Assembly (NCBI GenBank): GCA_002722615.1
Contig: PBMQ01000037.1
Location: 34,958 to 98,957 of the forward strand
Length of the DNA stretch: 64,000 nucleotides
Origin: Methanobacteriota archaeon
GTDB taxonomy: Archaea; Thermoplasmatota; Poseidoniia; Poseidoniales; Poseidoniaceae
Direction of reading: 5' to 3'
In this document: in pieces, positions 21,601 to 29,784 of the stretch
How positions within the stretch are numbered: the first letter of the stretch is position 1
Layout of the letters: each line of letters starts with the position of its first letter
Notes under the pieces: generated by a model
The model's input: the letters and a program-made list of their open reading frames with translations, nothing else
Told to the model about the DNA's origin: nothing
Database searches by the model: none
Position numbers and translations under genes: made by a program

Positions 21601-21700
21601 TCACTTCTTCTTCATCAGTGTCGTTAGAATCTCCACTTCCAAAACATCCAGACAACATCAACAGGGAAAGGAATACAGCAACGAATGGACTCTTCGTCAT
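18659..21700 (-). CDS. Lipoprotein with TSP3-like repeats and C-terminal peptide-N-glycosidase F-like domain
   Basis: Lipobox LLMLSGC; DxDxDG..D..D.CP repeats; PNGase F-like CHEWDY, RWITTYG, TGHG...CAEFC, GSWPFGRAGWC. Confidence 0.8.
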   Translation of the reverse strand: MTKSPFVAVFLSLLMLSGCFGSGDSNDTDEEEVSAPVPYSIQASWNEEAIIGEIDEISELAILLVTTGEGSYEIETLVTREGQSIDASSWSVNKKPTYISVVLLPDSPGEYNFEITITPSEGDSIVMTNSVEVPVPDEGGISLIIPQYLVAESSVMVFQGQVLHQSIESCNVVLTIPGEGASMDTFAMSLQDDGSFSFILSELDLRTESFMVHAEAKCGVFSTLEEFRNTTILIEVNNDADGDGIDDQFDNCPSGLGENDGWASSSASDADQDGCRDYDEDLDDDNDGILDFEDGCTSTIGWISTAENDRDRDGCNDVTEDSDDDGDGILDVNDACYDGEINWPANLYNDWDQDGCNDLLEDDDDDNDGELDTSDLCPKGRSNWMIDRNEMTDFDMDGCFDSTEDADDDNDNVDDVNATGATLDLCPKTPLGATDVDEFGCAAIERDSDADGVNDLIDQCEGTPTGLQVNTAGCADLDGDGVFANVDICADSPTHWTIDSDGCAIVQKPVQWAPGASVNGPMDVVPTFTVPTLDGTFTFQNRWTGTDVYLFMFKYTDSSGNSNSGTWATNPGTFIRNLPENTHLFYGSFDSTYHSDVLSRKSDVESKLNPSEEEKWDGRIHYIDMDASNIQGGLGEMISNFNSPFFMGIDRFQRARDTGSIYAWISQTNDPFHYTYEPHQWNAEFEPEIRMQDPGIDVVTLYDFERHAGGWGANHNSYRNATFTLPDNLSSYDTLEVFHEHACDERKNRYQKSDGSYGGCHEWDYLAHLYICDDDNSSSCGTEFMRWITTYGREGRWLTDISPYLFMLDDDQERRFRYKGANKGDMTIKFLFSNWGSGERAFDAEFGFTGGQFDGSYNNESRYVRSLNFTVPTETTRVEIVATITGHGFQQDDANCAEFCDHQHHYYIDSHHAYEWHPIVYSNTGCENEVSNGVVANQYGSWPFGRAGWCAGQDVKQWSLDITSWVDMNGQTNELTYRGLYNGQEYNPTGESSKGGRNIVAEIWVVFYTNSTA

Positions 21701-21729
21701 GGCTGTACATTGATGTTTAGACCAAGAAC

Positions 21730-22863
21730 CTAACGTTTGCCAATATAGAATTGTTCAGTCCTCGGATCGTTGAGAATTTGATTTTGAAGATTAACATTCA
21801 CGTCTGCAAAATCAACCTTAATTGGACATACCCATAAGAGTGGCATCTTATTTTCACGTTTAATTTTCAGTATAAATTCCCAATGAATCCTATGCAGGGG
21901 TGAATTCATTGTACCTGGCCACAATTGATCGGGCGGGTCAATTACAAAGCTTCCATCATCTGATATTGTCGAATGACCTCCTTCGCCAGAGAATCTCATT
22001 GGACGCAGGAAAACACCTCCTTGAATGTCTTTCCTTTCAATGGGAGAATCTTCACCGCCCGCTGTTCCATCATCTAAACCTGATTCCCAGTGGTGAGGCA
22101 ATGGAGTTGAAAGGCCAATAGGAGGTTGTGAATCTTCTGTAGATTGAGACAGTTCGATTAGAGACTCCCTAGACGGAGGTAACGTACCAACTTGCCAATG
22201 GACGGACATCGATTTCCAATCAGGTCGATTTGATGGGAATTGTATAGATCCAGTTAGTGGTTCTCCACTTACAATCGATGGACTGAATTTAACGATTGGT
22301 TGGTTTATTGATTCTCTGAAAAAATCTTGTTGCCGTTTTAGATCAATGAAATTAGCAACAATACGCAATACGATAGGAATCATCAATATTGGTACAACAA
22401 TGAGGCTGAGTATTGGATAATCAAGCAACCCAATCTGCATACTTTTTGTCCCAAAACTTGGAAGACCTAGTTCGCTTAAGAGTGGTTCTATAAACAAATA
22501 CACAAGAGTTGACAAGAGTAAAATTACTGCTATGTTGATCATATTTCGTGCATGTCCATGGAGTTGGTTTGGCAAAATATACCAGCCTCTCCGTTGTTCT
22601 TTTATCAGTTGAACAAATGGGCGAGAATCTTTACGCTTATCCGTTGGGTCTGACCATTCATCACCATCTTCATTAACGATTAGTCGTTGAATTAACCACC
22701 CTTCTTCGCTTTCAATCCGGTATGGTGGTAACCGGTTTTTGATATCAGATTTGTTTAGATTTTTTTCTAAGATCTTTTCCGATATAGGTGCAGCTTCAGG
22801 ATTGATTCGGCGGTCATCGAATGGTGGGTAACGCACGCGATGAAGAATCGACCATTTACCCAT
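21730..22863 (-). CDS. Hypothetical membrane protein (2 TM)
   Basis: 377-aa ORF co-oriented with and tightly packed against its neighbours; two hydrophobic segments. Confidence 0.65.
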   Translation of the reverse strand: MGKWSILHRVRYPPFDDRRINPEAAPISEKILEKNLNKSDIKNRLPPYRIESEEGWLIQRLIVNEDGDEWSDPTDKRKDSRPFVQLIKEQRRGWYILPNQLHGHARNMINIAVILLLSTLVYLFIEPLLSELGLPSFGTKSMQIGLLDYPILSLIVVPILMIPIVLRIVANFIDLKRQQDFFRESINQPIVKFSPSIVSGEPLTGSIQFPSNRPDWKSMSVHWQVGTLPPSRESLIELSQSTEDSQPPIGLSTPLPHHWESGLDDGTAGGEDSPIERKDIQGGVFLRPMRFSGEGGHSTISDDGSFVIDPPDQLWPGTMNSPLHRIHWEFILKIKRENKMPLLWVCPIKVDFADVNVNLQNQILNDPRTEQFYIGKR

Positions 22864-22875
22864 TGCTGCACCACC

Positions 22876-24093
22876 TCACGTGAAGAGTAATTTGACTCCA
22901 GCCTGAAGAGCGAGTTTACGGAATGCAGGTACTTTTTTGAGAAGTGCAAGGCCAAGTGGGACAGGTCTCTCAATATCTCCAATTTCATTGATGAGGCTGA
23001 TGACTTCTGGTTTTGCAAAGTTCGCAAAATGATTGTCTAATTCGTCGTCAGTTCTCGTCGAAACGAGAAGATCACGAAGAGCTCGTGCACGGTCTTGTTC
23101 CTTTTTCATCTTCGGCCAAGATGATTTTGTTACTGATTTCAGGTCTTTCTCAGTTAGTTGATTTGAGTTGATTTGCTTTACCAGTTTGTCAGCGATGGAT
23201 GATATTTGTTTGAAACCTGGGCCGAGACCTCCTCCCGTAGTTGGTTTAGCCATACCTGCTGCATCACCAATCACCATAACGCGATTTTTGAATGGACGAC
23301 GAATCATGCCAGATGGGACGGGGCCACAGTATCGAGCCGTTTCTGTGATGTTCTCAAAACGGTCTTTCCACAATGGATGGTTCAGTAAATCATTGTAGCA
23401 ATCGAGAACAGTTTTGCCGTCTAGGAGATCAGCCTTCGACCATAGCCCAATTCGGTGCGTTCCATTGCCAGAAGGAATAACCCATGCAAAGAAACCAGGT
23501 GCTATTTCTGAACCACTGTACATTTCTAGCCAACGGTTGTGCCCTTCATATCCTACGACTTCGGTTTGGAATCCCACCATCATCTCTTTTGGATAGCCCA
23601 TCTTGAATCGACGTCGGACCCAAGAATGAGCTCCATCACAGCCAATTAGAAGTTTACAGTTTAGTGTCTTTGTCTCCTCAGTTCTTTGGTTTTTGACTTC
23701 AACAACAACACCATTTGATTGAACATCAGCTGAGATAGGCTGGGATTCCAAGAGCAAATCTGCTCCTGATTCGAGACCTTGTTGGACTACTGTTTGATCA
23801 AATCTCTTACGACAGACAACATATGTTCGCAGTTCACCCTCTCTGCCGACAGGGACGAGTGTTCCCGATGGGCCATGGATAAGCGCTCCATCAACGTCTG
23901 CAACTACAGTATCGTAGGCTCTTACAGCGTCCATTGCGCTTGGTGTAACAAGTCCTGCGCACTGGAATGGCCTCCCAACTTCATTGTGTTCCTCGACCAT
24001 GAGTACAGATAGTCCACGCTCACAAAGAAGCCGAGAAGTATATCCTCCAACAGGCCCTGCTCCGATAACGATCACATCATAGTCGAAGTCCAT
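22876..24093 (-). CDS. Geranylgeranyl reductase family FAD oxidoreductase
   Basis: VIGAGPVG, GRPFQCAGL, RKRFDQ, IGCDG, APGFFAWVIP, IGDAAGMAKPTTGGGL. Confidence 0.88.
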   Translation of the reverse strand: MDFDYDVIVIGAGPVGGYTSRLLCERGLSVLMVEEHNEVGRPFQCAGLVTPSAMDAVRAYDTVVADVDGALIHGPSGTLVPVGREGELRTYVVCRKRFDQTVVQQGLESGADLLLESQPISADVQSNGVVVEVKNQRTEETKTLNCKLLIGCDGAHSWVRRRFKMGYPKEMMVGFQTEVVGYEGHNRWLEMYSGSEIAPGFFAWVIPSGNGTHRIGLWSKADLLDGKTVLDCYNDLLNHPLWKDRFENITETARYCGPVPSGMIRRPFKNRVMVIGDAAGMAKPTTGGGLGPGFKQISSIADKLVKQINSNQLTEKDLKSVTKSSWPKMKKEQDRARALRDLLVSTRTDDELDNHFANFAKPEVISLINEIGDIERPVPLGLALLKKVPAFRKLALQAGVKLLFT

Positions 24094-24136
24094 GATTGCC
24101 TACGATGGACCGAACTTCAATAAGTTTCTTCTCTAT

Positions 24137-26860
24137 CTAGCGTTTAGCAAACCGGTAACCTACCCGTTCGTTCTTTTTGAGGTAGAGAATTGCAGTATAT
24201 GGGTTTCCAGATTTCTTGGCAATGAGATCTTCGAATGGTCCGATTTCCCCTTTTTCAATAAGTTGCTTTGCTTCTTCTCTTGTGATCTCACGCTTTGAGA
24301 TTTCTCGAGAGATATCTAATTTACACCCGCTAGCACTGGATTTCGGACGATAATGTGTTTCAGTTTCAAAGATTTCAGTTCCATGTTTCGGGCAAACAGC
24401 AACAACTCCGGGTTTGACTTCAAATCGACGCGCATCAGCAGCAGCTTCCCGGGGAGGGAATTCAAATCCAACTTTGTTACCTTCCAAAACAAGGAATGCA
24501 GGGAATGGCCTTCCTCGTCTTGAGATGAAATCTTGAATGAGCGGTGATTTTCCGTCGACGAGGATAGATTTTGCTTCCTCTCGATTTATTTCACGCTTAC
24601 AAATGACTTTACCTACGCCAGAGAACTTACATTCCTCTTGATCGCACGCATAATGGGTATCAGTTTCTCGAATCGTACCGTCACATTTTGGACAGGGACA
24701 CAATGCTTCATCAGAAGAGTTCGCACGATTACCTGTGGACTTGGATGAGGTCACTTTACCTTCATCTGAAATTACAATGGATGTCTCATAGGATTCCCCG
24801 TTTCTGTTGAAAAATCCATGGAGATCAGTAATTTCCCTTTGTTCAAGTAGTCTTTTGGCAGTTGACCTGTCGAACCATCGACCGCTGGTATCTTTCCAGA
24901 AAACGAACGAACATCCCTTCTCCTTACCTTCATTCATTTCACAAGTATACGACAATGCAGTTTCGATGATTGTTGACTGACATTTTGGACAATTGCCAAT
25001 GGAATCGTCCTGTTCGAACAATTTGCTTCGGTCATGGTCACGAACTCTTATCACCAAATCAGTGGTCTGTTCAATGATTGAATTCATGTATTCCGTTGCT
25101 TTAATTTCTCCTTTTTGTACGGAGGTAAGAGCTGCTTCCATCTCTCCTGTTAATTCTGCGGAGGTTATCCATTCAACAGGAATGCGACGTAGGATTTCAA
25201 TGATACGGATTCCATGTGGTGTTGCGTTAAGTGCACCTGATTGTTGGCGTGAAATGTACCCTCTTGATAGTAATTTTTCAATTGTATCCGCCCGTGTTGC
25301 AGGAGTACCTAGCCCCTTTCCAGATATGGCTTCAGCGAGATCTTCATCTTCGATGTCTTTGCCAGCTTTCTCCATCAAGGAAAGAAGTCTCGCTTCTTTT
25401 ATTCGAGCAGGAGGCTTTGACTTTTCTTCCTTCCATTCATGCGATGATATATCAGCCATTGGTGAGTCTTCGGAAACAGTCCCCCAACCTTCTGGGAAGG
25501 TGAGATTCTTTGGGACGACTTCCCGCCATCCTAATGTTGTGTATTGTTGAGCTTCTTTAGTGAAGATTTCTCCTTTCAGGTCTGCAGTTCTTTTTTGCTT
25601 CTCAATTAACGCTTCACCATACCAAGAGGCAATGAAGTTACGGACAATCATATTGAACAAACGTTGTTCATCTTTTGATAGGCTTTGAGTCGGTAAGTTG
25701 CCTGTTGGGATGATTGCAAAGTGGTCGCTTACTTTCGCATCGTTGAAGTTTCTCTTCTCGTTTTTGAGTCCATTGGATGTAAGTGTTTCAATGAAACCTT
25801 TCATGTCATCGAGTTGGCTCAAATTGCTTAGAGTTGTATTGATTGTCTCTATCATATCAGTTGGTAAATATCGTGAATCTGTACGCGGGTATGTCGTCAA
25901 TTTATGACGTTCGTACAGTGATTGAGCAACATTGAGTGTCCTCTTTGCTGGCCATGAAAACATTGAATTTGCCTGTCGTTGCAAAGTTGTCAAATCAAAA
26001 TTAAGGGGCGGTCGTTCTTTACTCTCAGAAATTTTCTGAGTCACTGTTGCCTCTTGTTTGGAATCTAGGAGTGCTTGAATTCGCTCCTTGTCTTCAACGG
26101 TAAGAATCCAGTGTGCCTTCGTGTCTTCATCGGATTTTCCACCTTCCCAACGTCCGTTCCAAGAACTGCTGCTGCCTTCAAATTGGGCAGTTAAGACCCA
26201 AAACGGTCTTGCGGTATGCTGCAATATTTCTATCTCATGATCGACAAGAATAGCAAGAGTCGCAGTTTGTACCCTACCCAAAGATATTCGTTCTGTTCTC
26301 TTTTTTGGAAGAAACACTTCCGCAATTCGTGAACCATTCATCCCAATAAGCCAGTCTGCATGACTGCGACTGTATGCTGCATCTGCAAGGTTCTGATATT
26401 CATTCGAGGATTTTCTTTCGTCCCATGCACGCTGAATCGCTTCGTTGGTCATCGATTGCAACCACATTCTTGATACAGGGGATTTGGACTTTGAATAGCG
26501 ATAAATCGTTTGGAAAATCAGTTCTCCTTCTCGAGCAGCGTCACACGCATTGACCACCTCGGTTACTGCTTTGTCTGACATGAGTTTTTTCACAGCAGTA
26601 AGTTGTTTACGAGTGGATCCTGATTTTGGCTTGAACTCAAATTTTTCAGGAATAAACGGCAAATCTTGAGCTGTTTTTCTCCAATTTTTGAAATCTGGGT
26701 TGTAATCATCCATGTATTTCAGTTCGAGCATATGGCCGACAGCCCATGTAACAACAATGCCTTCACCAGACCAATGTGTTGCCTCTTTTTTGTTGATGTT
26801 GAGCATCTTTGCAATATCTTCGGCGACACTTGGTTTCTCAGCGAGGACGACGATGCTCAT
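24137..26860 (-). CDS. topB: Type IA DNA topoisomerase III with bacterial-type C-terminal repeats
   Basis: LAEKPSVA, NACDAAREGELI, GRVQTATL, catalytic TYPRTDS, GLGTPATRA, repeated CPKC...KREI.REEA..L motifs. Confidence 0.9.
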   Translation of the reverse strand: MSIVVLAEKPSVAEDIAKMLNINKKEATHWSGEGIVVTWAVGHMLELKYMDDYNPDFKNWRKTAQDLPFIPEKFEFKPKSGSTRKQLTAVKKLMSDKAVTEVVNACDAAREGELIFQTIYRYSKSKSPVSRMWLQSMTNEAIQRAWDERKSSNEYQNLADAAYSRSHADWLIGMNGSRIAEVFLPKKRTERISLGRVQTATLAILVDHEIEILQHTARPFWVLTAQFEGSSSSWNGRWEGGKSDEDTKAHWILTVEDKERIQALLDSKQEATVTQKISESKERPPLNFDLTTLQRQANSMFSWPAKRTLNVAQSLYERHKLTTYPRTDSRYLPTDMIETINTTLSNLSQLDDMKGFIETLTSNGLKNEKRNFNDAKVSDHFAIIPTGNLPTQSLSKDEQRLFNMIVRNFIASWYGEALIEKQKRTADLKGEIFTKEAQQYTTLGWREVVPKNLTFPEGWGTVSEDSPMADISSHEWKEEKSKPPARIKEARLLSLMEKAGKDIEDEDLAEAISGKGLGTPATRADTIEKLLSRGYISRQQSGALNATPHGIRIIEILRRIPVEWITSAELTGEMEAALTSVQKGEIKATEYMNSIIEQTTDLVIRVRDHDRSKLFEQDDSIGNCPKCQSTIIETALSYTCEMNEGKEKGCSFVFWKDTSGRWFDRSTAKRLLEQREITDLHGFFNRNGESYETSIVISDEGKVTSSKSTGNRANSSDEALCPCPKCDGTIRETDTHYACDQEECKFSGVGKVICKREINREEAKSILVDGKSPLIQDFISRRGRPFPAFLVLEGNKVGFEFPPREAAADARRFEVKPGVVAVCPKHGTEIFETETHYRPKSSASGCKLDISREISKREITREEAKQLIEKGEIGPFEDLIAKKSGNPYTAILYLKKNERVGYRFAKR

Positions 26861-26914
26861 GATTTCAATGCGTTTGTCGACAATACTTGAAGGCTCGCCA
26901 GACTTGAAATAAAA

Positions 26915-26934
26915 CAGATAACATATGTTATCTG
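26915..26934. promoter_or_regulatory. Perfect 20-bp palindrome CAGATAACATATGTTATCTG (terminator hairpin or operator)
   Basis: Self-complementary. On the minus strand it follows the 26941 stop and is followed by TTTTATTT; it lies 55-74 nt upstream of the topB ATG. Confidence 0.5.
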
Positions 26935-26940
26935 GAAAAA

Positions 26941-27360
26941 TTAACGCAGAGATTTCAGTCGTCGGCGGTGAGATGCTTCATCCCATTTTTCTTCATCGTC
27001 TCGATAACCACAGCCACTGCAACCGGGATATCCAGCAAGTAATAATTCTGAACACATCTGAAGAAGTTCTTCGATTAATTGCTGTGAATTAAACGGGAGC
27101 CAAAGTGTGTCTAGAGAGTTTGGTTCTTCCGAATCGAATGAAAATATTTGGTGTTCGTTGATGTGAAATGAACACTCACCCGCTTCCATTAAGGGGAATT
27201 CAAGTCGTTGTGGCATAGAATCTCCCATATTGAGAATTAATCTGTGCCATTGTTCATGCTGAGGTTTTGGAAGTCGTATGACTAAATTCTGTTCGACGAG
27301 TATTCGTCGTGAAGCTTCTCGGAGGGCAAGCCAAAGGGTTGAATTTTCCCCCATATGCAT
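26941..27360 (-). CDS. Hypothetical protein with C-terminal CxxC
   Basis: 139-aa ORF filling the gap between topB and pyrD; GYPGCSGCG. Confidence 0.65.
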   Translation of the reverse strand: MHMGENSTLWLALREASRRILVEQNLVIRLPKPQHEQWHRLILNMGDSMPQRLEFPLMEAGECSFHINEHQIFSFDSEEPNSLDTLWLPFNSQQLIEELLQMCSELLLAGYPGCSGCGYRDDEEKWDEASHRRRLKSLR

Positions 27361-27405
27361 GCTAACGAGCGCAAGGATTGAAGCATATCGGTCCGACCGT
27401 TATCC

Positions 27406-28503
27406 ATGGGGAGGATTTTCCGATGGTTTTCAAGACCGCTTTTGGCGGTTCAGGATTCGGAGAAAGCTCATGCGCGATCTCTCCTCTTGCTTCGATTGTT
27501 TTCTTCCAATCCATTCTCTCGTAGTCTGCTACGATTCCTCTACAAACCCAAAAGAAACCTCAACATTCAGTGTTTTGGAATGGAATATAATCATCCATTT
27601 GGATTGGCAGCTGGGATGGATAAACGTGCAGAGGCATTGCGCGGTTGGGAATCAATTGGTCTTGCATTCTCGGAAATCGGGGGAGTTACAATGCTTGAAC
27701 AAACGGGTAATCCCAAGCCACGTATGTTTCGAAATGGACGGGACCGTGCACTTGTTAATCGCATGGGATTCAACAATCCGGGTAGTGAAAAAGTTGCCAT
27801 TCGACTCAATCAAGTAGGGAAACAAACAATTCCTGTTTGGGCAAATCTTGGAAAATCAAAAGTTACTGCGCTATCAGATGCTAAAGATGACTATTCAACA
27901 TCATTAGAAAGGTTATGGCCGTACATCGATTTGTTTGTTGTCAATGTTTCGTCACCAAATACCCCTGGACTTAGAGAACTTCAACATGGTGATCATTTGA
28001 AGGAGATTCTAGACGCATGCATATTGAAAAACGAAGCATGCGCAAAACAACACAATGGAAAAACGAAACCTCTGTTAATCAAAGTGGCACCAGACCTGAC
28101 AACATCAGAACTTGAGTTGATTATTGATACTGCAATCACTTGCAAAATCGATGGTATTGTTGCAACAAATACTACCCTTGAACGTCCAAACGAAACCGAC
28201 AAGATCTATCAAGAACAAGGAGGTTGTTCTGGTTCACCACTCAAGAGTCAAAGCACAGCGATGATTCACCATATCTATTCATACACCAACGGTAAGTTAC
28301 CTATCGTTGGGGTGGGAGGAATCATGAATTCCGATGATGCATGGGAAAAGATAACAGCGGGGGCAACGTTGTTGCAAGCATATGCAGGGTTCGTGTTCGA
28401 AGGGCCAAGCTTATCAAAATCGATAGTTAATGGTCTTCATCGTAAACTCCAACAGTCCGAATTTGATACAATCGCAGACGCCGTTGGTTCTGCCCACCAA
28501 TGA
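27406..28503 (+). CDS. pyrD: Quinone-dependent (class 2) dihydroorotate dehydrogenase
   Basis: GLAAGMDK, GNPKPRMFR, NRMGFNNPG, VNVSSPNTPGLR (catalytic Ser), KVAPDL, ATNTT, GVGGI. Confidence 0.95.
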   Translation: MGRIFRWFSRPLLAVQDSEKAHARSLLLLRLFSSNPFSRSLLRFLYKPKRNLNIQCFGMEYNHPFGLAAGMDKRAEALRGWESIGLAFSEIGGVTMLEQTGNPKPRMFRNGRDRALVNRMGFNNPGSEKVAIRLNQVGKQTIPVWANLGKSKVTALSDAKDDYSTSLERLWPYIDLFVVNVSSPNTPGLRELQHGDHLKEILDACILKNEACAKQHNGKTKPLLIKVAPDLTTSELELIIDTAITCKIDGIVATNTTLERPNETDKIYQEQGGCSGSPLKSQSTAMIHHIYSYTNGKLPIVGVGGIMNSDDAWEKITAGATLLQAYAGFVFEGPSLSKSIVNGLHRKLQQSEFDTIADAVGSAHQ

Positions 28504-28555
28504 ACCGGATGAGCAGATGTTGAAATATGGACACGAAATGGAGTGAATTGATACA

Positions 28556-28942
28556 ATGCTGTCTTATCGTAATCGACTGCTACTTATCGGTGGTGTTGTT
28601 ACGATAGCAGTACTTGGGACAGTGTTCTTGCAAGCACCTGCTCCAACTCTTACCGTTGATGAATTAATGGAAGACAAATCATCTCATCTCGATGAACAAG
28701 TTGCAGTACGCGGTGAGATTCGAGATGGTAGCATCAATGAAACATCAATGACATTCATTCTTGAAGGACTTGACTATGAAATTCTTATTGACTATTCGAA
28801 TTCTGCTTCCATCTCCAATGGTCTAGGAGATAACCGCACTGTTTACGCTGAAGGGGTCTTTCGATCATCTGATGGTTCTTACATCGTCGAGGCTGATGTC
28901 ATCAAGACATCTTGTCCTTCGAAATACGAAGAAGAGGTTTGA
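28556..28942 (+). CDS. ccmE: Cytochrome c maturation heme chaperone CcmE (CxxxY type)
   Basis: N-terminal TM, OB-fold pattern (VAVRGEI...VYAEG), C-terminal KTSCPSKY. Confidence 0.85.
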   Translation: MLSYRNRLLLIGGVVTIAVLGTVFLQAPAPTLTVDELMEDKSSHLDEQVAVRGEIRDGSINETSMTFILEGLDYEILIDYSNSASISNGLGDNRTVYAEGVFRSSDGSYIVEADVIKTSCPSKYEEEV

Positions 28943-28991
28943 ATCCTTTCATCGTTTCATTGAAATAGACCCTGTTGCAGGCTTGTATGGG

Positions 28992-29292
28992 ATAGGTGGG
29001 GAGCTAGGCGTACCCTGTACCACAAATCGTCTTTACGGTGGACTGAATGCCTTGGGGCGGCGAAAGCGGCTTACAGGTTCCTGCATGCGGACGTAGATGT
29101 CTCGCCCCCACATGATCCGGGTGTTGCGAACCGTTTCCGGAGGGAAACGGGAACCAAATAACCGGGGGAACAGGTCAGGCCGGGAACGGAGCATCCCTAC
29201 CTGGGGCCATGGGTGCTGTGGGGATACGGGACGGAGGAAGTGTGTAGATACGGCCTGTGGGTACGAGCGTCCACCCAAGGATTCCCACCTAT
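28992..29292 (+). ncRNA. ffs: Archaeal signal recognition particle (7S) RNA
   Basis: About 300 nt, GC-rich. Termini pair (ATAGGTGGG 28992-29000 / CCCACCTAT 29284-29292); helix-8 motif CAGG-CCG-GGAA-CGG-AGCA; helix 6 CCGTTTCC-GGAG-GGAAACGG; Alu-like CCCTGTACC; TATA-like TTGAAATA about 30 nt upstream. Confidence 0.92.
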
Positions 29293-29777
29293 ATGTCAAA
29301 CACAACATCGCTGTACCAACCAGGTCCTTCGAATGTTGGAACTTCAACCCATGGAGAATCAAGAACTACACCATGTCCTACCTCAGAGACGACTAGGTCT
29401 TGTCGTGTGACGGCCTTTATCTCAACCTCTTTTTTGATTTCATCTGACGCAATCCAAAGGACTTGAGCTTGGAGCATGATCATTTCAGTATTCCGATCAA
29501 CTTTCACAGTACTTTCAACAAGCCATTTTTCCTCGACTTCATCCATGTAAAGGATTTCTTCAAGCCATTTAACCAGTAGGAGGCCCATTTCATCATCATG
29601 GTGAGATACTTGAACGGTCCAAACCGAGGAATGATGAATGGAATCTTTGGGAATCGGTTCAGCAAGAAGATACGATTGCATCCCTAAGGCTGTTTCTTCG
29701 AACAATCTTGCTAATGATGATGCGAATGAACGTAATCCAACATCTGCAGTAGTCGGCCTCGGCCATGAACTCAACAC
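29289..29777 (-). CDS. Archease (RtcB cofactor)
   Basis: TADVGL, LLVKWLEEILY, EIKAVT, C-terminal VVFDI. Start re-assigned to GTG 29777 after a GAGGTGA SD. Confidence 0.85.
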   Translation of the reverse strand: MLSSWPRPTTADVGLRSFASSLARLFEETALGMQSYLLAEPIPKDSIHHSSVWTVQVSHHDDEMGLLLVKWLEEILYMDEVEEKWLVESTVKVDRNTEMIMLQAQVLWIASDEIKKEVEIKAVTRQDLVVSEVGHGVVLDSPWVEVPTFEGPGWYSDVVFDI

Positions 29778-29784
29778 GTTCACC

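Noticed and set aside
29033-29466. Several overlapping short ORFs (29033-29362, 29097-29396, 29213-29410, 29257-29466)
   Set aside because: Explained by the GC-rich SRP RNA and the antisense strand of archease.
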